From Lingula anatina (Eukaryota > Animalia > Brachiopoda): a stretch of 64,000 nucleotides of DNA. Positions 40,549 through 52,721 of this stretch are shown in pieces. The stretch covers positions 51,934,788 through 51,998,787 of the forward strand of contig CM120640.1 of the NCBI GenBank assembly GCA_051362555.1. The letters run 5' to 3'. Below the pieces are notes generated by a model that saw only the letters and a program-made list of their open reading frames with translations, made no database searches and had not been told where the DNA came from. A program made the translations under genes and the position numbers. How positions within the stretch are numbered: the first letter of the stretch is position 1; each line of letters opens with the position of its first letter.

Positions 40549-40757
40549 TAGTCAGGTGGCTCAGTCCAATTTTTTTCCAGAATTGTGCAATAGATGATAA
40601 AAGCATGAAACTTTCCCCGATGAATAACCAATGGGTGTTCATCTATTTTGGATCAGGGGGTTGACAAACACCCAATGGTCATTCATCGTGGAAAATTTCA
40701 TGCTGTTATCATCTTTTGCACAATTCTGGATAAAATTTGGACTGAGCCGCCTGACTA
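40549..40757. repeat. ~210-bp fold-back (~90-bp inverted arms) at the edge of the satellite array
   Basis: TAGTCAGGTGGCTCAGTCCAA...ATGGGTGTT is the imperfect reverse complement of AACACCCAAT...TTGGACTGAGCCGCCTGACTA. Confidence 0.8.
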
Positions 40758-43700
40758 CTTTTCACCATGAAATAAACTTTGCATATTTTGCTTCCCTTTC
40801 ATATCCAAAACTGGCAGAGATAGGTCCATAGTTACTATTGGACTTGAATAGGAAGTCATATACTGGCAATCTAAATGTGACCTTGAAATTGACCTTTGAC
40901 CTACTTTTCACCATGAACTAACCTTTGCAAATTTTGTTTCCCTTTTATCTCCAAAACTGGCAGAGATAGGTCCATAGTTACTATTGAATTTGAATAGGAA
41001 GTCATATACTGGCAATCTAAGTGTGACCTTGAAATTGACCTTTGACCTACTTTTCACCATGAACTGAACTTTGCAAATTTTGCTTCCCTTTTATCTCCCA
41101 AACTGGCAGAGATAGGTCCATAGTTACTATTGAACTTGAATGGGAAGTCATATACTGGCAATCTAAGTGTGACCTTGAAATTGACCTTTGACCTACTTTT
41201 CACCATGAACTAAACTTTGCAAATTTTGCTTCCCTTCTATCTCCCAAACTGGCAGAGATAGGTCCATAGTTACTATTGAACTTGAATGGGAAGTCATATA
41301 CTGGCAATCTAAATGTGACCTTGAAATTGACCTTTGACCTACTTTTTACCATGAACTGAACTCTGCAAATTTTGCTTCCCTTTTATCTCCAAAACTGGCA
41401 GAGATAGGTCCATAGTTACTATTGAACTTTAATAGGAAGTCATATACTGGCAATCCAAATGTGACCTTGAAATTGACCTTTGACCTACTTTACACCATGA
41501 ACTGAACTTTGCAAATTTTGCTTCCCTTTTATCTCCAAAACTGGCAGAGATAGGTCCATAGTTTCTATTGAACTTGAATAGGAAGTCATACACTGGCAAT
41601 CTAAATGTGACCTTGAAATTGACCTTTGACCTACTTTTCACCATGAACTGAACTTTGCAAATTTTGCTTCCCTTTTATCTCCCAAACTGGCAGAGATAGG
41701 TCCATAGTTACTATTGAACTTGAATGGGAAGTCATACACTGGCAATCTAAATGTGACCTTGAAATTGACCTTTGACCTTCTTTTCACCATGAACTGAATT
41801 TTGCAAATTTTGCTTCCCTTTCATATCCAAAACTGGCAGAGATAGGTCCATAGTTACTATTGAAGTTGAATAGGAAGTCATATACTGGCAATCTAAATGT
41901 GACCTTGAAATTGACCTTTGACCTACTTTTCACCATGAACTGAATTTTGCAAATTTTGCTGCCCTTTTATCTCCAAAACTGGCAGAGATAGGTCCATAGT
42001 TACTATTGAACTTTAATAGGAAGTCATATACTGGCAATCCAAATGTGACCTTGAAATTGACCTTTGACCTACTTTACACCATGAACTGAACTTTGCAAAT
42101 TTTGCTTCCCTTTTATCTCCCAAACTGGCAGAGATAGGTCCATAGTTACTATTGAACTTGAATAGGAAGTCATATACTGGCAATCTAAGTGTGACCTTGA
42201 AATTGACCTTTGACCTACTTTTCACCATGAACTAAACTTTGCAAATTTTGCTTCCCTTCTATCTCCCAAACTGGCAGAGATAGGTCCATAGTTACTATTG
42301 AACTTGAATGGGAAGTCATACACTGGCAATCTAAATGTGACCTTGAAATTGACCTTTGACCTTCTTTTCACCATGAACTGAATTTTGCAAATTTTGCTTC
42401 CCTTTCATATCCAAAACTGGCAGAGATAGGTCCATAGTTACTATTGAAGTTGAATAGGAAGTCATATACTGGCAATCTAAATGTGACCTTGAAATTGATC
42501 TTTGACCTACTTTTCACCATGAACTGAACTTTGCAAATTTTGCTTTCCTTTTATCTCCAAAACTGGCAGAGATAGGTCCATAGTTACTATTGAAGTTGAA
42601 TAGGAAGCCATACACTGGCAATCTTAATGTGACCTTGAAATTGACCTTTGACCTACTTTTCACCATGAACTGAATTTTGCAAATTTTGCTGCCCTTTTAT
42701 CTCCAAAACTGGCAGAGATAGGTCCATAGTTACTATTGAACTTTAATAGGAAGTCATATACTGGCAATCCAAATGTGACCTTGAAATTGACCTTTGACCT
42801 ACTTTACACCATGAACTGAACTTTGCAAATTTTGCTTCCCTTTTATCTCCAAAACTGGCAGAGATAGGTCCATAGTTTCTATTGAACTTGAATAGGAAGT
42901 CATACACTGGCAATCTAAATGTGACCTTGAAATTGACCTTTGACCTACTTTTCACCATGAACTGAACTTTGCAAATTTTGCTTCCCTTTTATCTCCAAAA
43001 CTGGCAGAGATAGGTCCATAGTTACTATTGAACTTGAATAGAAAGTCATACACTGGCAATCTAAATGTGACCTTGAAATTGACCTTTGACCTTCTTTTCA
43101 CCATGAACTGAATTTTGCAAATTTTGCTTCCCTTTCATATCCAAAACTGGCAGAGATAGGTCCATAGTTACTATTGAAGTTGAATAGGAAGTCATATACT
43201 GGCAATCTAAATGTGACCTTGAAATTGACCTTTGACCTACTTTTCACCATGAACTGAACTTTGCAAATTTTGCTTTCCTTTTATCTCCAAAACTGGCAGA
43301 GATAGGTCCATAGTTACTATTGAAGTTGAATAGGAAGCCATACACTGGCAATCTTAATGTGACCTTGAAATTGACCTTTGACCTACTTTTCACCATGAAC
43401 TGAATTTTGCAAATTTTGCTGCCCTTTTATCTCCAAAACTGGCAGAGATAGGTCCATAGTTACTATTGAACTTTAATAGGAAGTCATATACTGGCAATCC
43501 AAATGTGACCTTGAAATTGACCTTTGACCTACTTTACACCATGAACTGAACTTTGCAAATTTTGCTTCCCTTTTATCTCCAAAACTGGCAGAGATAGGTC
43601 CATAGTTTCTATTGAACTTGAATAGGAAGTCATACACTGGCAATCTAAATGTGACCTTGAAATTGACCTTTGACCTACTTTTCACCATGAACTGAACTTT

Positions 43701-44260
43701 GCAAATTTTGCTTCCCTTTTATCTCCAAAACTGGCAGAGATAGGTCCATAGTTACTATTGAACTTGAATAGAAAGTCATACACTGGCAATCTAAATGTGA
43801 CCTTGAAATTGACCTTTGACCTTCTTTTCACCATGAACTGAATTTTGCAAATTTTGCTTCCCTTTCATATCCAAAACTGGCAGAGATAGGTCCATAGTTA
43901 CTATTGAAGTTGAATAGGAAGTCATATACTGGCAATCTAAATGTGACCTTGAAATTGACCTTTGACCTACTTTTCACCATGAACTGAACTTTGCAAATTT
44001 TGCTTTCCTTTTATCTCCAAAACTGGCAGAGATAGGTCCATAGTTACTATTGAACTAGAATAGGAAGCCATACACTGGCAATCTAAATGTGACCTTGAAA
44101 TTGACCGTTGACCTACTTTTCACCATGAACTGAACTTTGCAAAATTTTGCTTCCCTTTTATCTCCCAAACTGGCAGAGATAGGTCCAAAGTTACTTTTGA
44201 AGTTGAATACGAAGTCATATACTGGCAATCTTACTGTGAAATTGACCTTTCACCTACCAT
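40752..44260. repeat. 146-bp tandem satellite, ~24 copies, with higher-order structure
   Basis: Unit GACCTACTTTTCACCATGAAC...TGACCTTGAAATTGACCTTT recurs every 146 bp (40898, 41044, 41190 ... 44110). Confidence 0.95.
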
Positions 44261-44515
44261 TTGATGAACTTTTGATATATTTTTTTGCATATTTTGAAAA
44301 TTCTTGTTGATTGCATTTTTACAGCTTGTCAAGCAAAAGACTGGTGGCTGTGTCCCTTATTTTGTGTATGTGGGGGGTCTATACGAATGCGCTTGCTCCA
44401 GCTGGTGGTACAATATTCGGAGGCGGTATCGCCTCTCTGATCCTCTAGTTTGATACTTGAAACATACACATAGCCATAAGCAAAAATAGAATAGAATGTT
44501 ATGTAGCATTATTTA

Positions 44516-44660
44516 TCTATATAGTAATAGGAAATCACCCGAAGTCTCCGTTTCACGTTTTTCTCCCAAAGTACAATGATTTGTTAGCAACTGACAGGTA
44601 TTAGCAATGCCTTAGGGCAGTGAGAAGGTACTAGTAGTGGTCGTAGTTTGCATTTGGTAT
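44516..44660 (+). mobile_element. Second copy (5' part) of the short Helitron-like repeat
   Basis: Aligns by eye with 4784-4905 (TCTATATAGTAATAGG...TTCTCCCAAA.TACAATGAT.TGTT..CAACTG). Confidence 0.5.
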
Positions 44661-44694
44661 CATTATTAGGTTAGTTATCCTGAGGATAGCAGTC

Positions 44695-46295
44695 ATTTTT
44701 ATGTACAGACACAGATGTGTCTGTACATATTGCCATCACCTGCGTCTGTCGTCGCCGATGGCGATGGCGATGGCGATGGCGATGCCGATGCCGGCGCCGT
44801 GCACTTTCCTTGTAAACACGATAAGTGGAGGGCAGTTTTACTTTTTGGCTTTATATTTACAGAGCTGATGAATATTCATAAAATGCAGGTCAAGTTCGAA
44901 AATCAGCATGATCGGGCCATTATTGTAGAAGTTATGCTGTTTTTTCACTTTTCAGCATATTTTTCACATTTCCTCAGATTCAATTCTTAGGCATGTTAAC
45001 AGTCTCATTATTAAACTAATAAGATACGTAAAAGTTTTTGTTTGACATTTCCTGCATCTTTACAACATTGTTAGTTGATTTTTTAAAAATGATGGTAAAC
45101 TTGTTATCATGTATTGTGTAATAAAGTTTCAAAAATGGAAATAAACTCATATCATTCGGTTTGTCAGATTCAATCATTCACTATGTTCAGAATCTCAGAA
45201 TGGAAGAAATTGGACATTTAACACTGCTCTGTTGATATTTTTCCCATCTCATCAATTTTCTTAGTTGATAATATAAAAATGGCAGTAAACTGTTAATTTT
45301 GTTTTATGTTAAAAATTGTTAAAAATGGGAAAAAAAACATTTCAGAACAGTGCTCAGGGATGCTAGTGGGGTCCGGAAAGAAAACCTGAACTTTTTTTTG
45401 GCAAAGACCGGGGGGGGGGGGGGGGGGGGGTACAAATTGATTATGAAACAATTACTATATTTCAAATTTTATTTAATAAATATATTGCAATATATGTCAT
45501 CACAACTTCATGGTAATTTTCAACAGTTGTTTCCAAGGATAATCTTGACATTGACAAGATGGAAGTGCCATCAGTACATAAACACCTACCACCCATAGTA
45601 GACAGTAATGATCCCTCACGTAAGCTTGATAATCACCAGCATGATAATGATACTCACTAAATGTTAATCCCTTTCATTTATCATTTTCAAAGATTGGTAA
45701 TGGCTAATATCGTCTGTTCCCCTCTCCGCGAAATCCATTTAGTTTGGTTTAGTTCAAAATTCCGCGCACGCGGTGTCAAAACTTTCCACATGGGTGCCGA
45801 CATTAAAGCCTACATTTCCAACCAATCAAGCGCCATAAATAAATCACGTGCTACGGTTGTGACTAGATATTGTGTTGAAACGCAGCTCTGTCGCAATGGT
45901 TGAAATGCGACGTTCCTCTGACGCATCGTTCGTCCAGTCCGCGACCACGTTAAAAACGAGAATTCCGGAACAAAATATAGTACCAGAAAATTTTATAACT
46001 GGACGCAAAAAACCGGAATTCCGGTAAAAACCGGAAGACTAGCATCCCTGAGTGCTGTCTTGTTTACATTTTGGCATTTTCAAGTTGTGACTTTGAAGTT
46101 CCATGGGCCTGAAGACCTTTGCTAGTCACATTTTCTGAATATCCATGATACTAATATTTTATTCTTAAAAATTGATGGTCATCATGCTGTTAAACATTAT
46201 GTAATATTGCATCAAAATTTGAAAAAAACCTATTTTGGGCACTGCTCCCATGATGACCATTTAAGAAAAACCATGTCACTTACTGTTCTCAAACA
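44695..46295 (-). mobile_element. HINE copy (same family as 8388-10403), interrupted by a MITE and truncated
   Basis: Reverse complement of the 8388-10403 element: palindrome at 44701, (GATGGC)n, about one repeat unit, then body homologous to ~8910-9540. Confidence 0.8.
45355..46050. mobile_element. hAT-like non-autonomous element with a 6-bp TSD
   Basis: TIR CAGGGATGCTAGT / ACTAGCATCCCTG. TSD AGTGCT at 45349-45354 and 46051-46056. The empty site (AACAGTGCTGTCTT) is visible in the paralogous HINE near 9143-9156. Confidence 0.85.
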
Positions 46296-46304
46296 GTACA
46301 GTAA

Positions 46305-46912
46305 ATATATACAGATGTGTCTGTACATATTGCCATCACCTGCGTCTGTCGTCGTCGTCGCCGTCGTTGCCGTGCACTTTCCTTGTAAACACGATAAGTG
46401 GAAGGCAGTTTTACTTTTTGGCTTTATATTTACAGAGCTGATGAATATTCATAAAACGCAGGTCAAGTTCTAAAATCAGCATGATCGGGCCATTATTGTA
46501 GAAGTTATGCTGTTTTTTCACTTTTCAGCATATATGCAACACTGTAAACACATTTCAAGGAAAACCGATAGGCCTGTTGTCGTGAAACTCTCAGGAATAA
46601 TCGATCTTACTAAAACGGAGGTCAAGTTCGAAAATCTGCATGCAGCCTGAGTTGGAAAAGCAGTCTAATTGGCTTCTTTTTCTGGAAGTTATACATTTTC
46701 AAAGTGTGAACTTGAACTCTCATGGGCCTGAAGCCTTATGCTTGTTACACATTTTACTTTCATTGGTATTACCTGTTGAGCATAATTAAAATTTGATGTT
46801 GAATTTACAGTTTAACATAATGTACTTTTGCATCTGAATTGACAGTAGCCTATTTTGTGCATAGTTATTTCCTGCTTTTTGTCTGTACATTTGACAGCTT
46901 TGCTGCCTTGTT
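46305..46912 (-). mobile_element. Third, shorter HINE copy directly following the second
   Basis: Partial palindrome, (GTC)n, ~2 repeat units, terminus GTCTGTACATTTGACAGCTTTGCTGCCTTGTT. Confidence 0.75.
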
Positions 46913-47839
46913 AACCAATGGATAGCAAAACAAGCAATAAGAAGTATCTAGAGTTTGGAAAACATTGCTTTATCCACAATGTTGATGAAACTGGACCCAT
47001 TTGTAGTTTACTTTTTGAATGGTGTTCTGTATTGTTGCAGTACAGTTACATTCTTACTGAACTCTTGAAATCTAAATTTGCAGTGAGGTACAAGAAGTCT
47101 TTCAAAAGGTCCATGTCAAGTCAGCTTGTTTAGTGGGGTTTGAATTAACAAATGGCTCTCCACAAGGAGACAGTCAGTTATGTGTCGCGTCAATCTCGCA
47201 TCTATGGACTTCAGTAAGTGGCAAAACAGACATAGCCATGTCATTTTTGGGGCTCAAAGCTCTGTAGTAAAAGACAAATGCAGCATGGGCCTTGTCAATT
47301 CTGCTGCTATAGGGCTTAATAACATACAAGTGACATAGTGCGTGTCATTTTCACATGTTAAAGGGCGTCTAAAAGATGCACGCATGGGTTCATATGGGCC
47401 ATAGTAGAATAGACCAACCAACCTTTCAGGAAAAACGAGGAATTGGTACTTAGTGCTGCAGCACTTAAAATATAGAAACTTTGTGTCATTTGTGACAAGA
47501 CCCTCTGGTCTTTTTGAAAAATATGGATCTGCTTGTTAAAAATCTTACTGACAAGAAAAAAAAAACACTATATAATACAATATGCATACCAGTAATGCTA
47601 AATAAACTGGTTTGTTGATATAGTTCCCTACCTTATTTTTATTTTATTTTTTCCAATCATTGTATTTTTGCTATCACTAATAATACATGCATAATACATG
47701 CCCTCATGACTCTTGGATATGCTGAATAAAACAGTTTATCTTGTCTGTGTTTTATATTTTGTTATTGTATGTATTCAGTTATTTTAATGAAGTGAAGATG
47801 ACAGAACATACTCAGAGCCTTTTATGTAAGTTTTAAATG

Positions 47840-48355
47840 AGACAGTATTTTTGTTTCACATTAAATTTACTGTGTGGCTTTGTTTGGCAAAGAAGAAGGT
47901 TGCTTTTGAAAATCGGCAAGATCGGTTTACATTTACAGTAATTATTCCGTTTTTTTGCATAATTTTGGTGATGTTCTCCCCATAACTGCCAAACCGTATT
48001 TTGTTTTACATTAAATTTACTGAGAAGCTATGTTTGGTAAAGATGCAGGTTGCTTTTGAAAATTGGCATGATTGGTTTATATTTACGGCAATTATTCTGT
48101 TTTTTTTTTTTTTTTTTTTTTTTGATTATTTTATTTTTCACACATTAGCATTTTTAGGGGCTTTTATAGCCCATGAAACTGAATTACTTGCTTGTTTTTT
48201 AATATCCATGTTACCTGTAGTATATGATGTAAGTGGGTAAAAATGCTGTTTTAAAGCATTATCTAATAGTGCATCAAAATTGGTCAAATTATTTTTTGAT
48301 GTTCTCTTTTCTGTGTCTGAATGTCTGAACATTTGTCAGCTTTACTGCCTTGGTT
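47840..48355 (-). mobile_element. Degenerate HINE-related fragment
   Basis: Two ~150-bp related units (47845, 47996) and terminus GTCTGAACATTTGTCAGCTTTACTGCCTTGGTT, similar to 46880-46912. Confidence 0.5.
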
Positions 48356-50194
48356 CCTGTATTGAGCCTGCATATTTGTCTGCTTTGATGTCTAGTTATT
48401 TACATTGCATTTATATAAAATTTGCTTTTTGAAAAAAGGGGCATCCCTGTCTTCTGCATTTTTCATCTATTGGAACTCGCATGTTGAAAATTACGTCTTT
48501 TTAAACCACAAGATATTTGATTAAGTCTCTTCTTTGAATGCTTAGTACTGTTCTGTATGAAAATCGAACATTGCTTTCCCTACAATAAATAAGGTTTATC
48601 AAAATAGAATAACTGGGTTGGCTGAGTGCAAATTGGTCATGTTGTGTCAGCCAGCATACTGATTGAAATCTTCATGCTTTTTTAATTAGTAGGCCAAGGT
48701 CTACGAATAGGTAGCATAGGAAAAATGTCTTCAAAGCGATGGTGAGGAAATGCAGGACACTTGAACAATGTATGTGAGTGAGTGAAGGTGCACATATAAT
48801 ATAGGGTAATCGCACTGTAAGCAACTGACGAGACTGTAGGTCCAAGTGTTTATTGTTTGTTTTTATTTCTGGTAGTTTTTGCATTTTCACCTAGCGCATG
48901 GTTTGCATTAACAGCATACATCAAGCTTATTGAGATAGAGGACAAGGTAGGCTGCCACTGAACCATTCATTTATGAACCTGTTATGGGGTATTTAACTAA
49001 GCAGACTGGTTTATGTAAGATCTAAGCAATGTACATGTTAGGATTGTTCACCTACTAAATTACAGTTTGAGTGAATTTTTGTCAAAGAAATTATGCATAG
49101 GCCCTTAATGGCCTTTGCTTGTAGATAGCATTATTTCATGCATTGAATGTTGTCTAAGTTTTGAAGAAGTGGAAGTGTGGCACCTCATTTTGTCTCATTA
49201 TTTATCAAGTGTCTAAGTATGAAGTACCAGTCTGGTTATGATGGACTATTTCTATATAATATATATATAGATGTTTGAAGTGTAGCATCCATTATGTCTT
49301 AACAGAAGAGAAAAAAAGCAGTTCTGTTTTATCAAGGCATCATGATATGGTGAAAAGTTTTTGATTTAAACACCAACAGTAACAGCAATGTTCTCAAAAA
49401 GATGGTCTTCATTTATATTGTGTGATGTGCATCTCAATTTATAGAATCTGGTTTGTGAACTTATGACTGTGTATCAAGGAATTTTGCATATAAAGTGCAA
49501 TAATTTTTGTTGTATATATTATTCATTATAATGTAGGTTTTTTTTTATTCAAAGATTGTAGCCAGGGAGGAATAAGTAATGTGTGTAGAAAAGTGTTAAG
49601 ATATGTGCAGGTTGATTGAAACACTACATTACTGGGGTTGGTTGTAGGATGTCCCCCCTTTCCTACTCCTCGTCAGTTGTTCTCAGGTCAGATAGGACTT
49701 CAAAATTAAAAGACTTAATATCAACTTGGCATAGCAGAATATTGGAGAAGAAAAGGAGAAAAAAAGCTAACAATATAAACCCTTCAACATTTTTTTGAAA
49801 ATTTTAAGTATGGGGAGAGGGGTCAGGGGAAAATCATCTTGGTTCACCTGTTAACAGGTTGCTTATTTTTTATGATTACCTATTGGCCAAAATTTTGCTC
49901 ATATTTGGAAGCTAATAACTGTGGAAAGTGAGTTACTTGTATCAATTACTTTAATTTCCAAACTACAGCAACATATTTTATTGTGGTTATTCTTAGCTGG
50001 ATTTCACCTAAACTGTCCTGATTCTGGGATCACATAGTACTTTTTATGGTTCAGAGATTTTGCCTTTTAACATATACAAATGTATTTATTTGTTATTTAT
50101 TTTCTTTTTTTTTCCATCAAATTTCACATTTGATAATATCTTTTTTATTTATGCACAATAAATTTCAATTTCAGAGTTCTGTCAGAAGCCAATA

Positions 50195-52682
50195 ATGGAT
50201 GGAGAGGATGCATCTTGCAGTGAATCTCCACCATATTTACCAGACTCATCGAGTCAGTCGGTAGGTAAAGGCAATGTGTTTGGCATATTTACATTTACTA
50301 GAATTATACTTTTTCTATTAGCACGACATCTTGGGACACATGAAATAAAAGAAACTCCTCTTACCCTTTCCTCACTAGCATGTGAATTATGTCTAAATAT
50401 CCAAGCTACTTATCTTTCCCAATAAAGCCCTTAAATTTAATGTATTTCTTGTAAACCAAAATCTGGTCTAAAGGATTTTGTATTAAACTCAATCATATAA
50501 AAGTCTTACATCTATAAAAGTCTAAGTCATTTTGCTGAGGACGTCATATCAGTGGTTTGGTTATTAATGCAATATTTTCAATTTCTTGATGTGGCCTACT
50601 TTCTGGGCTTGTTTCAGAAAATTATTAGCAGCAAGTGGGAACTGTGTATGAGTACGCGTACTTAAGGATGGTGCAACCAATTTCTTTAAATCACTGTTTA
50701 CATTTTCTCTCTAATTGACTTACAATTACACCTATTTTTCATAGGGAGCATTCACATCGAGAAGAGCCGAGTAAGGCCGCGACCTAAATATGGTGGACCT
50801 ACATGAAAGGAAGACGACTAATCTTTTAATGGTCTTTCTGCCTCTCACACGCCCCCCCCCCCCCCACACACACACAAACGTTGTCACTCGACGGTTGAAT
50901 TGAGCTGAGATTTAATTACTGTGCTCCTGCAGGGACGACGTGTGGTGAGGACTAACAGGATTAGTGGTCTTCCTTTCATATAGGTATGCCATATTTAGGT
51001 CGCTGCCTTACTAGACCTCGGCTCTTCTCGATGTGAATGCTCCCATAGGTATTGGTAAACAAGATAAAAGTTTGTGTCACTGGTTTGTTTCTAAAAAGTT
51101 TATCAATAACTGACCAGTTTTGGTAAATTTATCTGCAATGGTTCCAGAGTTATGCTCTCCCACTTCATAGGTGAAAATGGTACCTTAGCACAATAACAGC
51201 CCTACCTGATATATCGATATGTTGATCAGTAGAGACCATGCATTTATATATGCTAAATATGATAGATTAATACATACCCTTTAAATTAAAAAAAAAAGAA
51301 AGAATTCGAATGAGGTGATATAATGATATATTTCAGGCTATGTAATCTTAACAATTTGAAACCCCTCAAATAAAAGTTTATCTGAAGCATACCTGGTGTT
51401 GATATTTCCTTTGGAACTTTAGAATCTCATTATCAATGTCAAGTTTAGCATTGTGGCATCTTGAAAAAAATAGAATGCTGTATATAATGTACAATGGTCT
51501 TTTTTGTTGTGAAAGACAAAGCTAGGTCATTTTAGATTCTCAGCAGTATGTGTCTATAATGAATTTTCAGGAAGATGGATGGCATTCAAAATGAATTATG
51601 ATCTATTTAGAAATAAGTTTAATGAATTAAAATTGTACAAAACATCAAATCCAAGTTCAGGCATGGCTTGAGCAATGCTTTGTGAGGCTTAGACATGTTT
51701 TTCTTGAAAAATGGGATTTGGCACCAAAATCCCATATAGAATACCATTAGAACATTCTTATAGTTGACTCTATCTAGGTCATCGATTGGCAGAATGTCTC
51801 ACATTGATGTGTCATGTGTCAGAAAAATTGCATTTCCCTGTGGCGCTTGCAAGTTTGTCATTTGACTCCCACTGCTAAGTGCATTAGCTATGCTCATTGG
51901 TGAATCTACTGAGACAGTGCTGAAAGAAATCTATGCATAGACATGGAAAAAGAATTTATGCTTCTGATTTTATAAAATAATAAAAAAATGACTTTTTTCT
52001 AAGTTGTTGATGATTGCTGAGGGGCTTAAATCAATAATGGGGAATTTCATGTTGTGTGACAATGCTTTATCTTGTTGTCAGAAATCATATTTTTTAGTGA
52101 AATGGCAGCACGTTTCCCATATTTTAGTTTAAGCCCAGGGTGACTTGCTGCCAGTGACAATAAATTTTACTCAGAATTTTTGGATTTTAGTCTTAATTTT
52201 TAGAATAAATGCTTGGTATAGATAAATAACTAAGTTGTCTATATTATTTCCTTTGCCAACGAGTTTATGTTTTTGCTGGCTGTTTGATAGCAATATTAAG
52301 GAAAAAGTTGTTGACAAATCTTGATAGATTTTTCAGGACAGTTTAAAATGGTGGTTTAAAACAAAGCCACTGCCAGGCAGTTTAAGATGCATTTTTTGCT
52401 TTATCAAAAACACAGCATTTTGGTCCACCACCTATGTGAATGAAGATTTCACACCTAAATCCGACACCTAGGAAACATGATGCTAACCTAGACATGGAGG
52501 TCTCGGTCAAGGTTAAGTAAGGTATGGGCCTTGGGTCTAGTTTCCTAAGCAGATTGAGGACATCACCATGTTGACTTAGTCCATGAAACTGCAGGATGAA
52601 AGGATGATAAAACAATTGTTGTTCAGATTAATTATTATTCAGAACTTGCTACTTTTTATTTCTTTCATCAGTGAGGTGATAA

Positions 52683-52721
<39 letters not shown>

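Larger units (their letters stand above)
39793..44450 (-). mobile_element. Helentron/HINE-type element (second family) carrying a 146-bp satellite array
   Basis: Terminal hairpin TGTACCACCAGCG-ttag-CGCTGGCGGTACA (39796-39825). Matching subterminal IR GCTGGTGGTACAA (44401-44413). End CTCTAGTT, i.e. AACTAGAG on the minus strand. Central tandem array. Confidence 0.8.

Noticed and set aside
41429-43688. Four near-identical 71-aa ORFs (MVKSRSKVNFK...)
   Set aside because: By-products of the 146-bp satellite variants. No domain resemblance.
40752-44260. CRISPR-like array
   Set aside because: Contiguous near-identical units with no unique spacers, no cas genes, and a eukaryotic context.
44715-46473. 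Duplicated ORFs MCLYILPSPASVV...
   Set aside because: They lie in HINE ends and microsatellites, so they are repeat-derived.
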